Shown: positions 1 to 13,404, counted from the whole stretch's first letter. The stretch: DNA of 63,909 nt, filler included, from Octopus bimaculoides (GCF_001194135.2; 9 parts of 7 records of this genome joined end to end with filler, not necessarily neighbours in it), one strand, 5' to 3'. The notes: a model not told the origin generated them from the letters alone. A program made the numbers and translations.

Positions 1-91
1 TGTATATTTTATACTGTGAAACTTAATTTAATTTTAATTTTTAAAAAATTGATTTTAATTGAGTTTTTACCTGTAATTTTGGATCTTATCC

Positions 92-138
<47 letters not shown>

Positions 139-280
139 GTCGATGCACACACACACCCGGTGCCTAAACACGCACCGACACATGTATTAACACCCCCCAC
201 ACACACAAGCACACACGCAAGAGCGCGAACGCACGCGCATGCGCACATACACACACGCACACAAACACACACACACGTAC
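92..280. repeat. Compound (AT)n/(CA)n microsatellite, representative of dozens in the window
   Basis: Direct dinucleotide runs; the overlapping ORFs are IY/HT/CV low-complexity artefacts. Confidence 0.95.
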
Positions 281-1083
281 AGGGACTGGACAAAATAAGG
301 GAAAGATCTAACAGCACTACTCACCGGAATCGATTCTGGATACAGACCAAAGAAGTAAGAAGTCAAAAAAAGCATTGACGCTAATGGGGTTACACAAGAA
401 AGACCACAACCCTTGGCTAAACCAATAACGGTGGAATAGAAAAAAATTTACTCTTAAGGTCCTAAAATATAGCGAAAAGCAGTGCAGACGATTAAATTAA
501 AGGGTACTTATTTAAGTGATTCTTCAAAGATGAAAGACAGTTTTCCCTGTTGGGATGCGATACCAAAACGGTAAATGTACGAATAAATAAATTAGTAATT
601 AAATAAATAAATAAATAATAGAATTAAATTAAATTTCAAGCAAAATTCCACGGCATGTTTGTTTCCAACAGAAAAAAATCGATAAAATAATAGAAATGGT
701 GCCTTTTAGATATTTTTATGTTGGAATGTCTGTTTAATGTCTGTATTTGTTGTTTAGCTGCATAAATAGTTTAAAACAAGTTAGAGTGTGGCTTGATAAC
801 TAGTGCACCGCTGGCACACTTCCTCATCAAGATTCGAACACAGTAAATTTGTTGTTGTTGTTGTTGTTGTTGTTGTTCTTCTTCTTCTTCTTCTTCTAAT
901 CCTCTGCTGACCTATTTCCTCTCTTGTTGGCCTACTTCAATATAAAACTTGGCATCTTTTTCGTTCTGTAGCATAAGAATATTTCTCTTGCTCTCTCTCT
1001 TTCTTCCATTTTTTCTACTTTATAGATTATATTAAATGGTTTGTATTTATTTTACCCTCACGGAAAATCAGAAGTTGGTGTTG

Positions 1084-1086
<3 letters not shown>

Positions 1087-1156
<70 letters not shown>
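1087..1156. repeat. (TTA)n microsatellite running into a gap
   Basis: Direct trinucleotide run. Confidence 0.95.
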
Positions 1157-3812
1157 NNNNNNNNNNNNNNNNNNNNNNNNNNNNNNNNNNNNNNNNNNNN
1201 NNNNNNNNNNNNNNNNNNNNNNNNNNNNNNNNNNNNNNNNNNNNNNNNNNNNNNNNNNNNNNNNNNNNNNNNNNNNNNNNNNNNNNNNNNNNNNNNNNNN
1301 NNNNNNNNNNNNNNNNNNNNNNNNNNNNNNNNNNNNNNNNNNNNNNNNNNNNNNNNNNNNNNNNNNNNNNNNNNNNNNNNNNNNNNNNNNNNNNNNNNNN
1401 NNNNNNNNNNNNNNNNNNNNNNNNNNNNNNNNNNNNNNNNNNNNNNNNNNNNNNNNNNNNNNNNNNNNNNNNNNNNNNNNNNNNNNNNNNNNNNNNNNNN
1501 NNNTTTTGGGGATACTTCCCTATGAAAGCTTATATTGAACAAAGCAACATGAGCTATCGAGCAAAATGTAAAAAATATATGAAAAAATGTATAAACACAT
1601 TGCAGAGAATTATACGGATTATGACATTTCCACAAAAGAAAACACCACACACACACACACACACCCATAAACACACAGAAAAAATACATTGTAGAATAGA
1701 CATGTTTGGAAGCATTTAGAGCAAAAGTATAAATGAAAAATATACATCAAACGAAAATAAGGTTGTGAAGCACTCTTTTTAGAAAATATCTTTCCCAACA
1801 AAAAAGTGCTTAAATATGGAGAATTTTGCTGAAAGAAATAAAACTTAGAAACAATTTTGTGCACAAGACAAATTCCAATCTAGCCTAAGTTATCAGAAAT
1901 TTGCGCGAGAACTAAAACGGGCCATTTCCATGCTTTGTTAAAGCCATGGGGTTTATTCTACGCAAACAAATTTACAGACATGAAGTGAAATCTTCTTCAT
2001 TTGACGACAGTGCGCATATAGTGACATTTATATCATCTTTTAACAGGCGAACGGTCTACAACAGCGCAAGCCCAAATTATCCGAGACACATATCGCCCAA
2101 AGTGAATCCTTCGATATTTGTCAAGAAGGAATACGGGATCCACATCGGGGATATCGGTAAAGATGTCAAACGATTGCCAGTAATCATTTTGGTGGCACAG
2201 TAACGGAAAATGGTTACTATTAGTGTAACTGTGGGTAACAAACGATGTTCAAGAGCACACATGTCCTCGTGATCCTGCAAGCCACAAAACAAAACGAGAA
2301 TTATGTCCTGTAGAGGCTGATGAGAAGACTTTCAAAGCTAGCAAGGAGGGTGGGTAGAAAACAAAAGGCAGAAAGCAAAACTGCTGCACACGTGGCTGTA
2401 AAACTCATTTGAGGGTTTTCTACCTAGAATGCTTAACGAAAAAAAAAGGGTACTAACGAAAATAAATCGCAGACGATGATGGTTCAAAGGCGGTACTTGA
2501 AAAACTTCTAGAATCACAAAAATAATGCCCCTTCCTGGCCAAAACTCCTAAGCCCTTCTCCAAGGCACAAGTGTTGGACAAAATTTATCATCTGCAACAA
2601 CAATAGCGAAACAACCAATTAGGCCTTCACAGTAGCACTGTCCCAACCACTTATGAATATTGGGGGTCTAAACTGATACCTAATGGAATCGATCGGTCCT
2701 TTTCGAAAACAGAGAAAAAAAACACAAAGACCAAAAAGGACACAAATAAAACAACCGAAAAGGGCCGTAAAAACCGCGATGATCGACACAACCTTTGTGG
2801 ATAAGAACCTGTTTTTTTCCTGAATGAAATAAAGTTCACTGCTTGTCGCAAAACGAACAAGAATTTAATAAAACGATTATATGAAATACACCAGCATTTC
2901 CTGAAAAAGTGCGGATTCGGAAGAACATGAGATCATCTCATTCAAAGAGAATGTAATGAAAGAATATTAGCAAAAATTATGAGATGCTATATATCAACAG
3001 TATGAGGTGTTATGTATCAACGAGTTATATGGTATGAGCCCTCACTTGTTCACTGTAACGCAAGATTAAGTAATCTCATACTATCAACAATACAGACAAG
3101 TAGAGACATTTCTTAATCAGGAACACGACATACTCTGATTAAAGCAGATGCTAAATGTTAACGACTCACAGGAGTTAGATCTCTTTTGCTCACTGTAATC
3201 CAAGAGCTCTGCAATAATATTCTAGAACATACACAAAAGCAGACATGGCGCGTTGTCATTAATCCTAAGTAACAGTTTTCCACCGATATTTAAGTGGTTG
3301 ACCGTAGATGATGTCCTGTATTTCGACAACAATGTCGGTGCATGGTGACAATAACATATAAGTTCAGAACAGATACTTTGGATAGATTTATTATCGATAA
3401 ATATATTACTATTATTTTTTACTTAGAGTTAGACGAATCCCAGACACTATTAACCAGGGTGTGATGTTTGGCGCTTTTTCTCATATATTCCAAAATAATT
3501 TAATAGTTTTTGACATTGATATGACTTACCCGCTAGATGTACTTCGATAAACCCACAGAAAAGAGCTTTCAAACCCTCCGAAAATATATTTATGTTGATT
3601 AAATCATAACTTAAAAGGATTTCAGGTTACACCGATATAATCAATAGAAACCGAGTTATGAACTATAAACACTTTCGCACAATAAATCGTCGATTTCAGA
3701 AGACATAAATTATTGAATGGGCAACATTTATTGTCAATGAATATGAAATGTATTGTTTCTTACATACATACACGCAAACACACAAACACAGAGACACACA
3801 AACACACGCGCG

Positions 3813-3849
<37 letters not shown>

Positions 3850-4479
3850 CTGTGTAGACATATATACATATACATGAAGAGATGTATATGTGTTTTTACA
3901 TATGTATGCATGCATGTAATACATATATGTGCGTGTGCGTATACATACATATATATATTTATTCAAATGCGTATATACATGTATTATATATGTAATGCAT
4001 CAAAATACAATATATATTAGTTAACATTAAACATTATCCAATCAATGATTTCTGTCTTCCGAAATCGATATTTTATTGTGCAAAAGTATTTCTAGTTAAT
4101 AACTAGTTACTATTGATTTCATCAAGATAACTGAAAATCCTTTTAAGTTAAGATTTAATCATCGCAATGTGTTTTCAGAGATTTTGATAGATCTTCTAAT
4201 ACAGGTTTATCGAAGTACGTCTAAAGGGTAAGTTATATGAATGTCAGAAAGTAATTGGAATGTATACGAACTAACCGAACTTCATATATGGCAATAGTGC
4301 TTGTGGTTTGTCTAATTCTAAGAAAATGAAAGTTATATATTTTCCACAGTAATCCTCTCATACACGTGCCTCCTATGTTGATACATTTCTGTTACTAAAA
4401 TGCATATTCATGTAATACATACATACATATATATANNNNNNNNNNNNNNNNNNNNNNNNNNNNNNNNNNNNNNNNNNNN

Positions 4480-4491
4480 TTAATTAATTAA
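4480..4491. other. Assembly linker TTAATTAATTAA inside an N gap (also 23551-23562, 38060-38071, 43133-43144, 46217-46228, 58100-58111, 61127-61138, 62744-62755)
   Basis: Identical 12-mer with stops in all six frames, always centred in ~100-nt N blocks. Confidence 0.95.
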
Positions 4492-4535
4492 NNNNNNNNN
4501 NNNNNNNNNNNNNNNNNNNNNNNNNNNNNNNNNNN

Positions 4536-4567
<32 letters not shown>

Positions 4568-4959
4568 GCACACGTGTATATATATATATAAATATATATG
4601 TGTGTATGTATGTATGTATAAATAGATAGATATACACGTACATACATACATACATGCATACATACATACATACATACATACATACATACATACAATATAT
4701 ACATGCATTTATATATACTCTCGAAACATAAATTCAATTAAAACGTCGATTCTCCTACTTTAGCGTATATTCGTTGCTGCGCTGGTGCTGTCGTTTATTG
4801 TTACTGTTGTCGCTGTTGTCGTCTGATGTTGATGCTTGCTCTTCCAGTTTTTTTTTTTTTTTCCTTTTTCTTTTACTTCTCACAAAATTTCCTCCTTTAT
4901 CAAACTTTGACATCGAGTGCCGTATAAATTCAATTACCCGTCTGACTTCGAACACCACT

Positions 4960-5135
4960 ACCAGCACCAGCACCACCATCACCACCACCACCACCACCAC
5001 CAGCACCAGCACCACCACCACCACCATCACCACCACTACTGCTACTATACTGCTACTACTGCGACTACTACAACTACTACTATTACTTTTATTAATACTA
5101 ATAAAATACTAATAATAATCATTATTCTAAAGCCG

Positions 5136-5171
<36 letters not shown>

Positions 5172-5175
5172 ATAC
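4960..5175. repeat. (CAC/CAG)n, (TAC)n and (AAT)n compound microsatellite
   Basis: Direct triplet runs; source of the poly-H/T/V/L ORFs. Confidence 0.9.
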
Positions 5176-6071
5176 AGCTGCTGCTATCACACTTCATCTT
5201 TTCCTTATTATTGTTGTCGATTTTTTAGATGGGAGAAGCAGGATACGACCCCAAACTTTGAACTGATTTCGGTATATAACTAACCGGGGATTACTTAATC
5301 TAATGAGCAACGAACTAATAAGGGACCTCTACGTTTGTCCTTTGAAAAATAACCGTGAAATTTCCCTAATGGAAGGACACATAGAATAATGTAGTTCCAG
5401 ATACACTATGTCCGAAAATAAGATGCCAGACATAGATTGTACGTCATAAAATATAGATTTTCTAGATCAAGACTGACCTACTCCTAAACAACAATAGCAA
5501 CTACAACAAAACCAAAAAATATAAAAGAACCGAATTAGTCAATGTACTTTTGTGTGGCTGCTCGATCTTTCAGTTCTAGAAGCTAATTATTTCCTCAAAT
5601 AACAGCCTATCGTCTTTAAGGAAAAGTAAGTTGTATTGGACAATTTATATAGTCGTTGATGACGGATGGACACTGATGGGTAGACACTGATGGTACACAT
5701 TGGTCTCCTAGATCAGGATGGAACTGAAGCTAAACAGCATCAACTCCACGACAGCTAAACAGGTCCACAATGGTCACTTGTATTAGCAATTAATAAAATA
5801 CTGTTTATCAACTAATTCTATTGTTTGTTAAATGATTTCTTTTACTGCAGAGATGAATACATTTTGGTTGTTTAATATTCCAGCCGTTAAATATGATTAC
5901 AGCTCGGCTGTCTAATTACCATATGTCAGGAAAGAAAAAGGAAGGAAAATTTCTAAGTATTTTCCTGAAATCTCAGTTCATAACAGATCCCGATTCACTT
6001 CTCGACTACCGCTACCACACACACACACACGCACGCAAGCACGCACGCACTCACGCACGCACGCACACACT

Positions 6072-6143
<72 letters not shown>

Positions 6144-6229
6144 TACCAGCTACACCAGCAGATTATGCTAAATTCATGCTACATCACACTATCAAATGAA
6201 GTTAAGTTTATCAACTTACATTACCAGAA

Positions 6230-6357
6230 CAAGCTAAGCTCACCAGCTCATACAAATTGATCAAGCTGAGCTCATCAGCTCATACTAATAGATCAGGCTA
6301 AGCTCACTAACTCATACTAATAGATCAAGCTAAGCTCACCAGCTCACACCAGATAAA
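6230..6357. repeat. 32-bp minisatellite x4 (caagctaagctcaccagctcatactaatagat) within an AGCT-rich degenerate tract (~6140-6800)
   Basis: Four adjacent near-identical 32-nt units read directly. Confidence 0.85.
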
Positions 6358-7059
6358 GAAACTAATTTTACGCCAGCTCACATCAGCAGGTAAATCTTAA
6401 AGACGGTAGACTTTGATTTGAGGAAAAAAATTAGTCACAAAGAGGTACTTTGATTAGTTCGGTTGCTCTTTTTGGTTTTACTCCCGTTGCTGTTGCTATT
6501 TAGGCCTAGGTCACCAACATACACTAGCAGATTAATAGACAGCTCACACTACCAGCTTACAGGAGTAAATCTTGCTAGGCTCATGCCAGCTAAGGCCAGA
6601 GCATCAAACTAAGCTCACAACAGTTCCCTTCCACAGATGCTAGTAAGATCACAACTGGAAAAGCCTATCAAAACAAGCCCATACGGGCTGAAGACCAGCA
6701 AATCAAGTCAAGTTTGTACCAACTCACACTAGTTCATACCAGCTGATACCAGTAAGCCAAATCTAGCTTATACCGGTTCACACTCGTTCACTCAAAACTG
6801 CTCCCATAGTTCAACAAACTCCAATGGTATATGCACAGAATTCAGATCAAATAGTCTTTACATGTTGCTTGATGTTCACTCCGCAATCATTTCTTATCCC
6901 TATTATTGTACGCGCTTTCGCAGCAATATTTTTCAAATGTAAACATTTAATCAGAGAAGCCATAAAGGCAAATGCACTTTAGTTACCGAGGAGAAAATGT
7001 CTCTTACAGTAAAAAGGTGTGAAAACACTCAGTCCGTTCAATGTCGCCATTTGTTAGGA

Positions 7060-7104
7060 ATCTCAGACATCGATGTTTCGAGTTTTCTGACTTGTCAATG
7101 AGAT
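7060..7104 (-). ncRNA. Type I hammerhead ribozyme motif, family A copy 1 (U3-A8 core, stem II damaged)
   Basis: Minus strand reads AUCUCA-UUGACAA-GUCAGAAAACUC-GAAAC-AUCGAU-GUC-UGAGAU: perfect 6-bp stem I, palindromic stem III, GUC site. Confidence 0.7.
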
Positions 7105-7374
7105 GTACCCAAGAGAGGCAAGTCTGAACAAACTTAATAAAGCTGTAGCTTTATATATATTTGCTCTAGTAGATCGCCCAATCAAGGTAAATAACGAAGC
7201 ATTGGCGCAAAGCAGTGTTTAGGTATCAGCAGAACTTAGGTTAGTTGAAATATGTTTGTTACATTCTTCAACTGCTAAAAGGCAAATACACTGCAGTTAC
7301 CGTGGAGAAGAATCTCTCTTATGGTAAAAAGGTGTGAAAACACCCAGTTTGTTCAGTGTTGCCATCTATTAGGA

Positions 7375-7421
7375 ATCACAGACATCGATGTTTCAAGCTT
7401 TTTGACTCTTGTCAATGAGAT
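7375..7421 (-). ncRNA. Type I hammerhead ribozyme motif, family A copy 2 (U3-A8 core)
   Basis: Minus strand reads AUCUCA-UUGACAA-GAGUCAAAAAGCUU-GAAAC-AUCGAU-GUC-UGUGAU: stem I 5/6 bp, 4-bp stem II with wobbles, palindromic stem III. Confidence 0.75.
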
Positions 7422-7676
7422 GTACCTAAGAGAGGCAACTCTGGATGAACTTAACAAAGCTATAGCTTTATATATAATTCAGTCATACCTAAACATTGCT
7501 TTGTGCCAATGCTTCGTTATTTACTTTGATCAGGCGATCTACTAGTGCAAATCAGTCAGCGTGTTGACTGAATTATATTGAAAGCTACGGCTTTATTAAG
7601 TTGAAATATTTGACAAACAGATTCCAACTAACCTACGCTCTGCTCATACCCAAACACTGCTTTGAGCCAATGCTTC

Positions 7677-7710
<34 letters not shown>

Positions 7711-8189
7711 AATGAATAGCAAAGATATATAAGTGTCAATTCATGAATTGACACTACATCTTACTTATTTATCATTTATAAATTTTACTCATTTATATTT
7801 CACTCACCTACCACGGAATCTGCACTTCCGAAGTATTATGGAAAGTATCTTTATATAAAGTACATGTCTGAACAAACAAGAGAGCATTTATTCACTAAGT
7901 TGGATCGTGCTGTATGCAAGAATATCAGGGGAAAAAATTCTGCGTAGAGTTTGATACTCATCTCATATTATCTGAGTATGCAAATTACTTCGTCCTAACA
8001 AGGTGCCTCAGTTTAAGTACCTAATTCAACTGAATCTAAATTACATTTTAGATAGATAGATAGAGAGATACAGATGTGATTTAATACACACACACATATT
8101 TATATATTCATATCATATTTATATACATACACATATATAGATGTGTGTGAGGGGGTGCGTGTGCGTGTGTGTATGATGGACTCTCCCGT

Positions 8190-8770
8190 CGGTTTCGTTG
8201 TATGAGGCTCCGATAACGTACTCTTTGTTTGTCATTCATAATGCTTTTGTCGAATGTGACATTTGCAAAGAAGGCCACAGGTATTGCAAGTATGAGGATT
8301 ATGGGTCAATGCAAGTGGTATATTTGCAGCCGCTTTTCTTCTTTGCCTTGCAACCCTAAGCCTGTTAATACTGATTCAAACAAGATCTCTTATACAATTT
8401 TGACATGAAGGTCACTATTCTGTTCGCTCCAATATTGTTTACCCAAAGGTGTTATGAGCTATATTGACTTCGGAGATGTTACTCTTCAGCATGTCCTTAT
8501 ATCTGAACAATGGTCGACCATCATTCCTGTGCCCACAATGAAGCTGGCTGTACATGAGGACTTTGGGTATTCTTTCGTCACTCTTTCTGACGACATGACC
8601 TGCCCAGCGCAATTGCGACTGCATAAGTAAAATCTCTATTCCACAGATCTTACACTTGCTAAACAAGTTGATATTAAACACTCTGCTTTTAGTGAATAAC
8701 CGCAGATTGTCATGAGACAGCCTTTGTAGAAGACGTCCAATTTCTTAATGTGCCACCTGTAAAGTGTCCA
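8190..8770 (-). mobile_element. RTE-clade LINE fragment, C-terminal ORF region
   Basis: ORF 8439-8681 reads QLRWAGHVVRKSDERIPKVLMYSQLHCGHRNDGRPLFRYKDMLK, a typical RTE post-RT motif. Confidence 0.85.
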
Positions 8771-8811
<41 letters not shown>

Positions 8812-9060
8812 AGCTGTTCAATGTTTTAATTCTTTCTGTTTTAATCGCATACTGTTTTTCTCTGTTCTCTTATTTCTAGCATGTAGATGCTTGTTAAGCA
8901 TCATTACGCTTTGTGCAAATTTATAATTCATAGCTATTTAATGTTATTACACCTGTGATCCACCCATGTCACTGCTGGTGATATCATCAATTTTAAAATT
9001 TATCTACAGATGATATGAACAGTAGTAACATCTGATTTCAAATCTCAGTGTTTGAATGTT

Positions 9061-9106
<46 letters not shown>

Positions 9107-10479
9107 TTTATTAGAAAGCAGCAAAAATATCACAAAAACTGTTCCCGTTGGTCGGACAGTTTTGTTTAGAATGGAGCAAGATCAAGTTATATGCAGAAAT
9201 ACAATTACTTTGATAGATACACATTTGAAAATGCTTTTGTTTCATTGGTCCTTTCAACTAACGGTTTTTCAATAACCGGTTGCATGAAATAACAAATTGT
9301 GGTTTAAAATCATATTATTATAAAAATAGAAAAAAACTTTAATCAAAAACAGTTTTTAAAGAAGGACAAAGGCCTGAATACCCAGGGAAAATAATTAGAT
9401 ATAAAAATAATAATAAATTAATAAATTAAAAGTTATATCAGTTTAAAAAATTTTGACGCTAGATTACATAAACACTTAGCAATATATACACCTACCAAAC
9501 AATCTATAATATACTTATATACACTAAACATGCAGATGTAGGTACATGGCTACATACATATACAGACATATATAGGCAAAACATAAATATATACAAATGC
9601 ATATATATATATATGTATGCACGCACACACAAGTACGCGTACAAAATCACCTGGTGTATGCTTATAGAAGTTAGTTGTTACAGACGAAAGAAAGGAAAGG
9701 AAAAAACCCAGAGAATAACAAGTGGGAGGAAAGAAGAAAAGGGAACAGAAAATTAGAGAGAGAAAGGGACTAAATAGATAGAGGTAGAGAGAATGAAATG
9801 ATGGTGTTCCAGTATCTAACGAAGGTTAGATAGATCGTTCAGCTTGCAAAACGCACACATAAAATTACATGTATATCTACATAAATACAAACATATATAC
9901 AAATACACACACATATAGACACGCATACAAAGATACAAATAAATATGTACGCAAATATATGCCCACATATGTAAATGTATATACACATATACATACACAT
10001 ATATATACATATATATAGACATATACATACATGTACACGTACACACACATACATATACATACTCAAACACACCTACAATACATACATACACATAAATATA
10101 CAGAGACATATCTTCACATCAATATAAATATATACATCATAATGTATATACGCAAACATTAAAAAAAAAATTGTCTGGTATATATAATATCAAAATGTTA
10201 AAATAAGGAAATTGCACAATAAATTAATATAACATAATTAAATGCGTGAGTGAACAATAAAAATAAACCTCGGCGAAGCTTAAGCTTAAATGTGTAAAAC
10301 AGTCGAAGGCTTCCTTAAAGGTGAAGTCGAAATAAGCACTAGCATTGTAATACAAAATAACTATAAGGTGTAAAGTCAAATTCAAATGCGACAGTCAAAA
10401 TTTTCTGAAAGTTAAAACATTTTACCCAAACGTATTTTATCGGTTGACATTTTAGACCTCGCGCGTGCCTGCAGGAATT

Positions 10480-12450
10480 TAAGAGCTCACGTCTCTGGTT
10501 CAAAGCATGTTAATCCTGGAACAGGGTGAAGAACATTTCAGAGAGGCAAAGATTCCTTCCCGTTCCACTACACGTTGCTTAGCACTGACTACACATCCTT
10601 CGTTTTTAGCCTCGAGGTGATGGTTAAGCGCCATTCTCGCAGCTAAAACTCGAAGCGCGGAGCCAGATTCCAGTGCTTTGTCTAGGGCTCTAACTAAAGT
10701 CCTTTCTACTCTATTTTTCTTAGCTACTAACTCTTTGCTATACCTAATAGACTCAAATTCTAAGGCTCTTTTGAGGGCATACCATCATTTGTTGTTAATA
10801 ATATCACTACACAATGCCCTCATCACTAACTGTCTAATGTGACTCCTGTACTCTTCATAAGCCAAAAGTGACTTATTGAGTTTCCAGTAGCCGGATCCCT
10901 GTCTACGCAACTTATCTAAGTCCAGCCTACAGGTCACAAATTTGTGATCACTGCAGCTGACATAGTGAAATTGTGGACGACTAACTAGGTTTTTGTCTAT
11001 TTCCCTAATTAGAACCCTGTCTAAATATGCTCTAGATGACCCATCGCTATTCGTCCATGTCAACAATGGAGCATCTAGGACATCTAGTCTGTACCCAGCT
11101 GAAATCGACTGAGCAGCTTATTAAAGCACGGGTTTCCCCTCCTATCAACAGACGAGCCAACGTAATAGACGCGTGCATCGCAGATTACGTTAAAGTCACC
11201 TAATATTATTATGGTGTGAGACGTCACAAGAAAGTTCTCCAGGCTTCGAAAGAAATCAGACTGTCCAGTTCCCGTGGGAGTATAGACAGCTAACAGACTG
11301 AAGATCTTACCGCTGCTTAGTGTCATGTCAAGGACGACCAACCTACCTTCCGGGTCGATGAAGATGGTTCTTGTCTCTAAATTCAGGTTTTACTTGAGCA
11401 ACACAGCGACGCCTCTCCCTCCTCCAGGTAGGCATAGAGGAATAATTTTCTCGTAGCCATTTAGCAGGGGTGAAAAGTCTCTTTGACTACTCAGTCTGGA
11501 CCCTGTGGCAACTATAATATCCATTCTCTGCAACCTGAGGTCATTAAGGAAATGACCTTGTTTCCACTCTGACCCCTGACCGCGTACATTCAAACACCCT
11601 ACATTAAGAATATCCATAATGGCTATGCTTACAGTTTGAGATAGGGTGGTACACTTCACTCCTCTTATGAGTATGCCACGTCGTTCTAGACTGAACGGAG
11701 GAACAGCTCCACCGCCTCGTGTTATCCAGTTTTTTTCTTTTTACTTTGGTCACAAATGATTTGTATATCACGGTGCACCGCAGTGCATTATGTGTCGTTT
11801 CACTGTTTCGCTCTCCTCCCTTTTCATCACACCTTTGTATTTTCCGAGTTCGTCGCTTCCACAGTTTATCGTCTTTTTTGAGACGCCGGCCGCTGCTGCA
11901 AAATTGCTAGCTTTTCTTCCTTGAATAAATTCTTCTTCTGTCGGAATGCTATTTAAAACTGTACTGCCTTCTCCGCTATTGATATCTTTCCATTCACTTG
12001 TACCAGGTTTACTACTGGTCTTGGCTTTAATAGGTGATTTGTCCATTTTTTTGTTGTTTTTGAAAAATACGACGATATTTTCCCCCTTCACACAAGGGGG
12101 AAAACGTTAATAAAGGGCTGCCACAAGCAGAAAAGTAGGTGTTTAAAAAACACTCAACAAAAGTTAAACAACGTAGTAATTCAACAGCACAAATTCAACA
12201 AATTAACCAAAAGTATTACAACTTACGCCAAACCTTTCGAACAACGCACAAACAAAATTCACGATCAAGTCGGTCAGAGATGACTGTAATAAATTTCTTT
12301 ATTGACAAGGGTCTTACGCAGAAGGGACAGCATAAAGACAGACAAAACAGTACAAAGTGGGGACAAAAACGTGAATCGATTGAAGGTGAATTTATACAAT
12401 AATGGGGGTGAAATGGCCACCTGAGCCCCACTCTCGAGTGGTTACATTTA
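10480..12450 (-). mobile_element. Tx1/L1-like LINE 5' part: 5'UTR, deleted ORF1 and APE endonuclease; ends before RT
   Basis: Frameshifted ORFs carry APE motifs LNVRG, GVAVLL, ILGDFN, TW...YLDRVL, SDHK and YWKLNKSLL. The ORF1 remnant reads MDKSP...NFAAAAG. Confidence 0.85.
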
Positions 12451-12489
12451 ACTAAAGTTTTAAAATCTTATTTTAATCATATATTTTAC

Positions 12490-12823
12490 TTACTTTGCCA
12501 GATGACGTATGTCATTAGATCGTCGTAGTTCACGACCGGAAAGTTGAGAGATACGACAGGTTAGCTTGGGAAGTAAAGCAGTTGTGGTCGATGAAAAAGG
12601 TAGCAGTAGTACCAATAATTGTCGGAGCCCTGGGAACAGTGGGCAAAAATCTCGAGAAGGAGTGGCTGTGTGGTAAGTAGCTTGTTTACCAATCACATGG
12701 TTCCGGGTTCAGTCCCACTGCGTGGAACCTCGGGCAAGTGTCTTCTACTATAGCCCCGGGCCGACCAAAGCCGTGTCAGTGGATCTGGTAGACGGAAACT
12801 GAAAGAAGCCCGTCGTATATATG

Positions 12824-12874
<51 letters not shown>

Positions 12875-13263
12875 TTGTGTGCCTGTGTTTGTTCCCCCAA
12901 CATCGCTTGGCAACCGATGCTGGTGTGTTTACGTTCCCGTAACTTAGTGGTTCGGCAAAATACACCGATAGAGTAAGTACTAGGCTTACAAAGAATAAGT
13001 CCTGGGGTCGATTTCCTCGACTAAAGGCGGTGCTCCAGTATGGCAGCAGTAAAATGACTGAAACAAGTAAAAGAGTAAAAGAGTAAGTACGTGGAACAAA
13101 TAGGGGCTGCAATAAGGGTGGAGCACTTGCAGAAAACAGCACTGCTTGGAACCGCTCGAATACTCCGAAAGGTGCTCGAAAAATAAGAGGTGTTACCTTA
13201 GTTCACTGGTAGTGAACAGCTGACACTGTAGTGCATCTCCAGTGTTAGAAGCTGTGCAAAGAA

Positions 13264-13340
<77 letters not shown>
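12490..13340 (+). mobile_element. R4/Dong-like LINE 3' end with (AAT)n tail, interrupted by a SINE
   Basis: VVPIIVGALGTVGKNLEK resumes after the SINE as YVEQIG...LQKTALLGTARILRKVLEK*; (AAT)n follows at ~13264-13340. Confidence 0.85.
12660..13087 (+). mobile_element. tRNA-derived SINE family S1, full length, internal (AT)/(GT) tract
   Basis: A-box TGGCTGTGTGG, B-box-like GGTTCAGTCCC, CORE-like GGGCAAGTGTCTT, (AAGAGTA)n tail; many copies in the window. Confidence 0.9.
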
Positions 13341-13343
<3 letters not shown>

Positions 13344-13404
13344 CAACAACAACAACATCGAAAAATACCTTAGGAATGAGAACCCATTCTCGAAGTTTCC
13401 CCAA

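Larger units (their letters stand above)
6965..7680 (-). mobile_element. Penelope/retrozyme-like repeat complex: ~200-bp direct repeat (6965-7162 vs 7277-7478) plus inverted copies of the spacer
   Basis: Direct repeat with ~315-nt period, each copy carrying a hammerhead motif. 7489-7555 and 7605-7680 are reverse complements of parts of 7165-7260. Confidence 0.65.

Noticed and set aside
1720-3200. Possible decayed LINE ORF2 (KCG...DHLIQREC trace near 2910); similar ETVQHELLKC trace near 53880
   Set aside because: Single weak motifs in broken frames; too little to call.
4480-4491. Identical TTAATTAATTAA 12-mer recurring eight times between N-runs (CRISPR-like or att-site-like periodicity)
   Set aside because: Always centred in ~100-nt gaps and encodes stops in all six frames: a scaffolding linker, not biology.
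4755-5228. Poly-His/Thr/Val ORFs, and similar poly-Ile/Asn/Asp/Met ORFs at 38.1-39.2 kb
   Set aside because: Triplet microsatellites open in several frames on both strands, with no unique coding content.
9128-9165. Possible hammerhead remnant (minus strand ACUGU-CCGACCA-ACGGGAAC-AGU)
   Set aside because: GAAA and the cleavage site are absent and the core is mismatched; not supportable from this copy.
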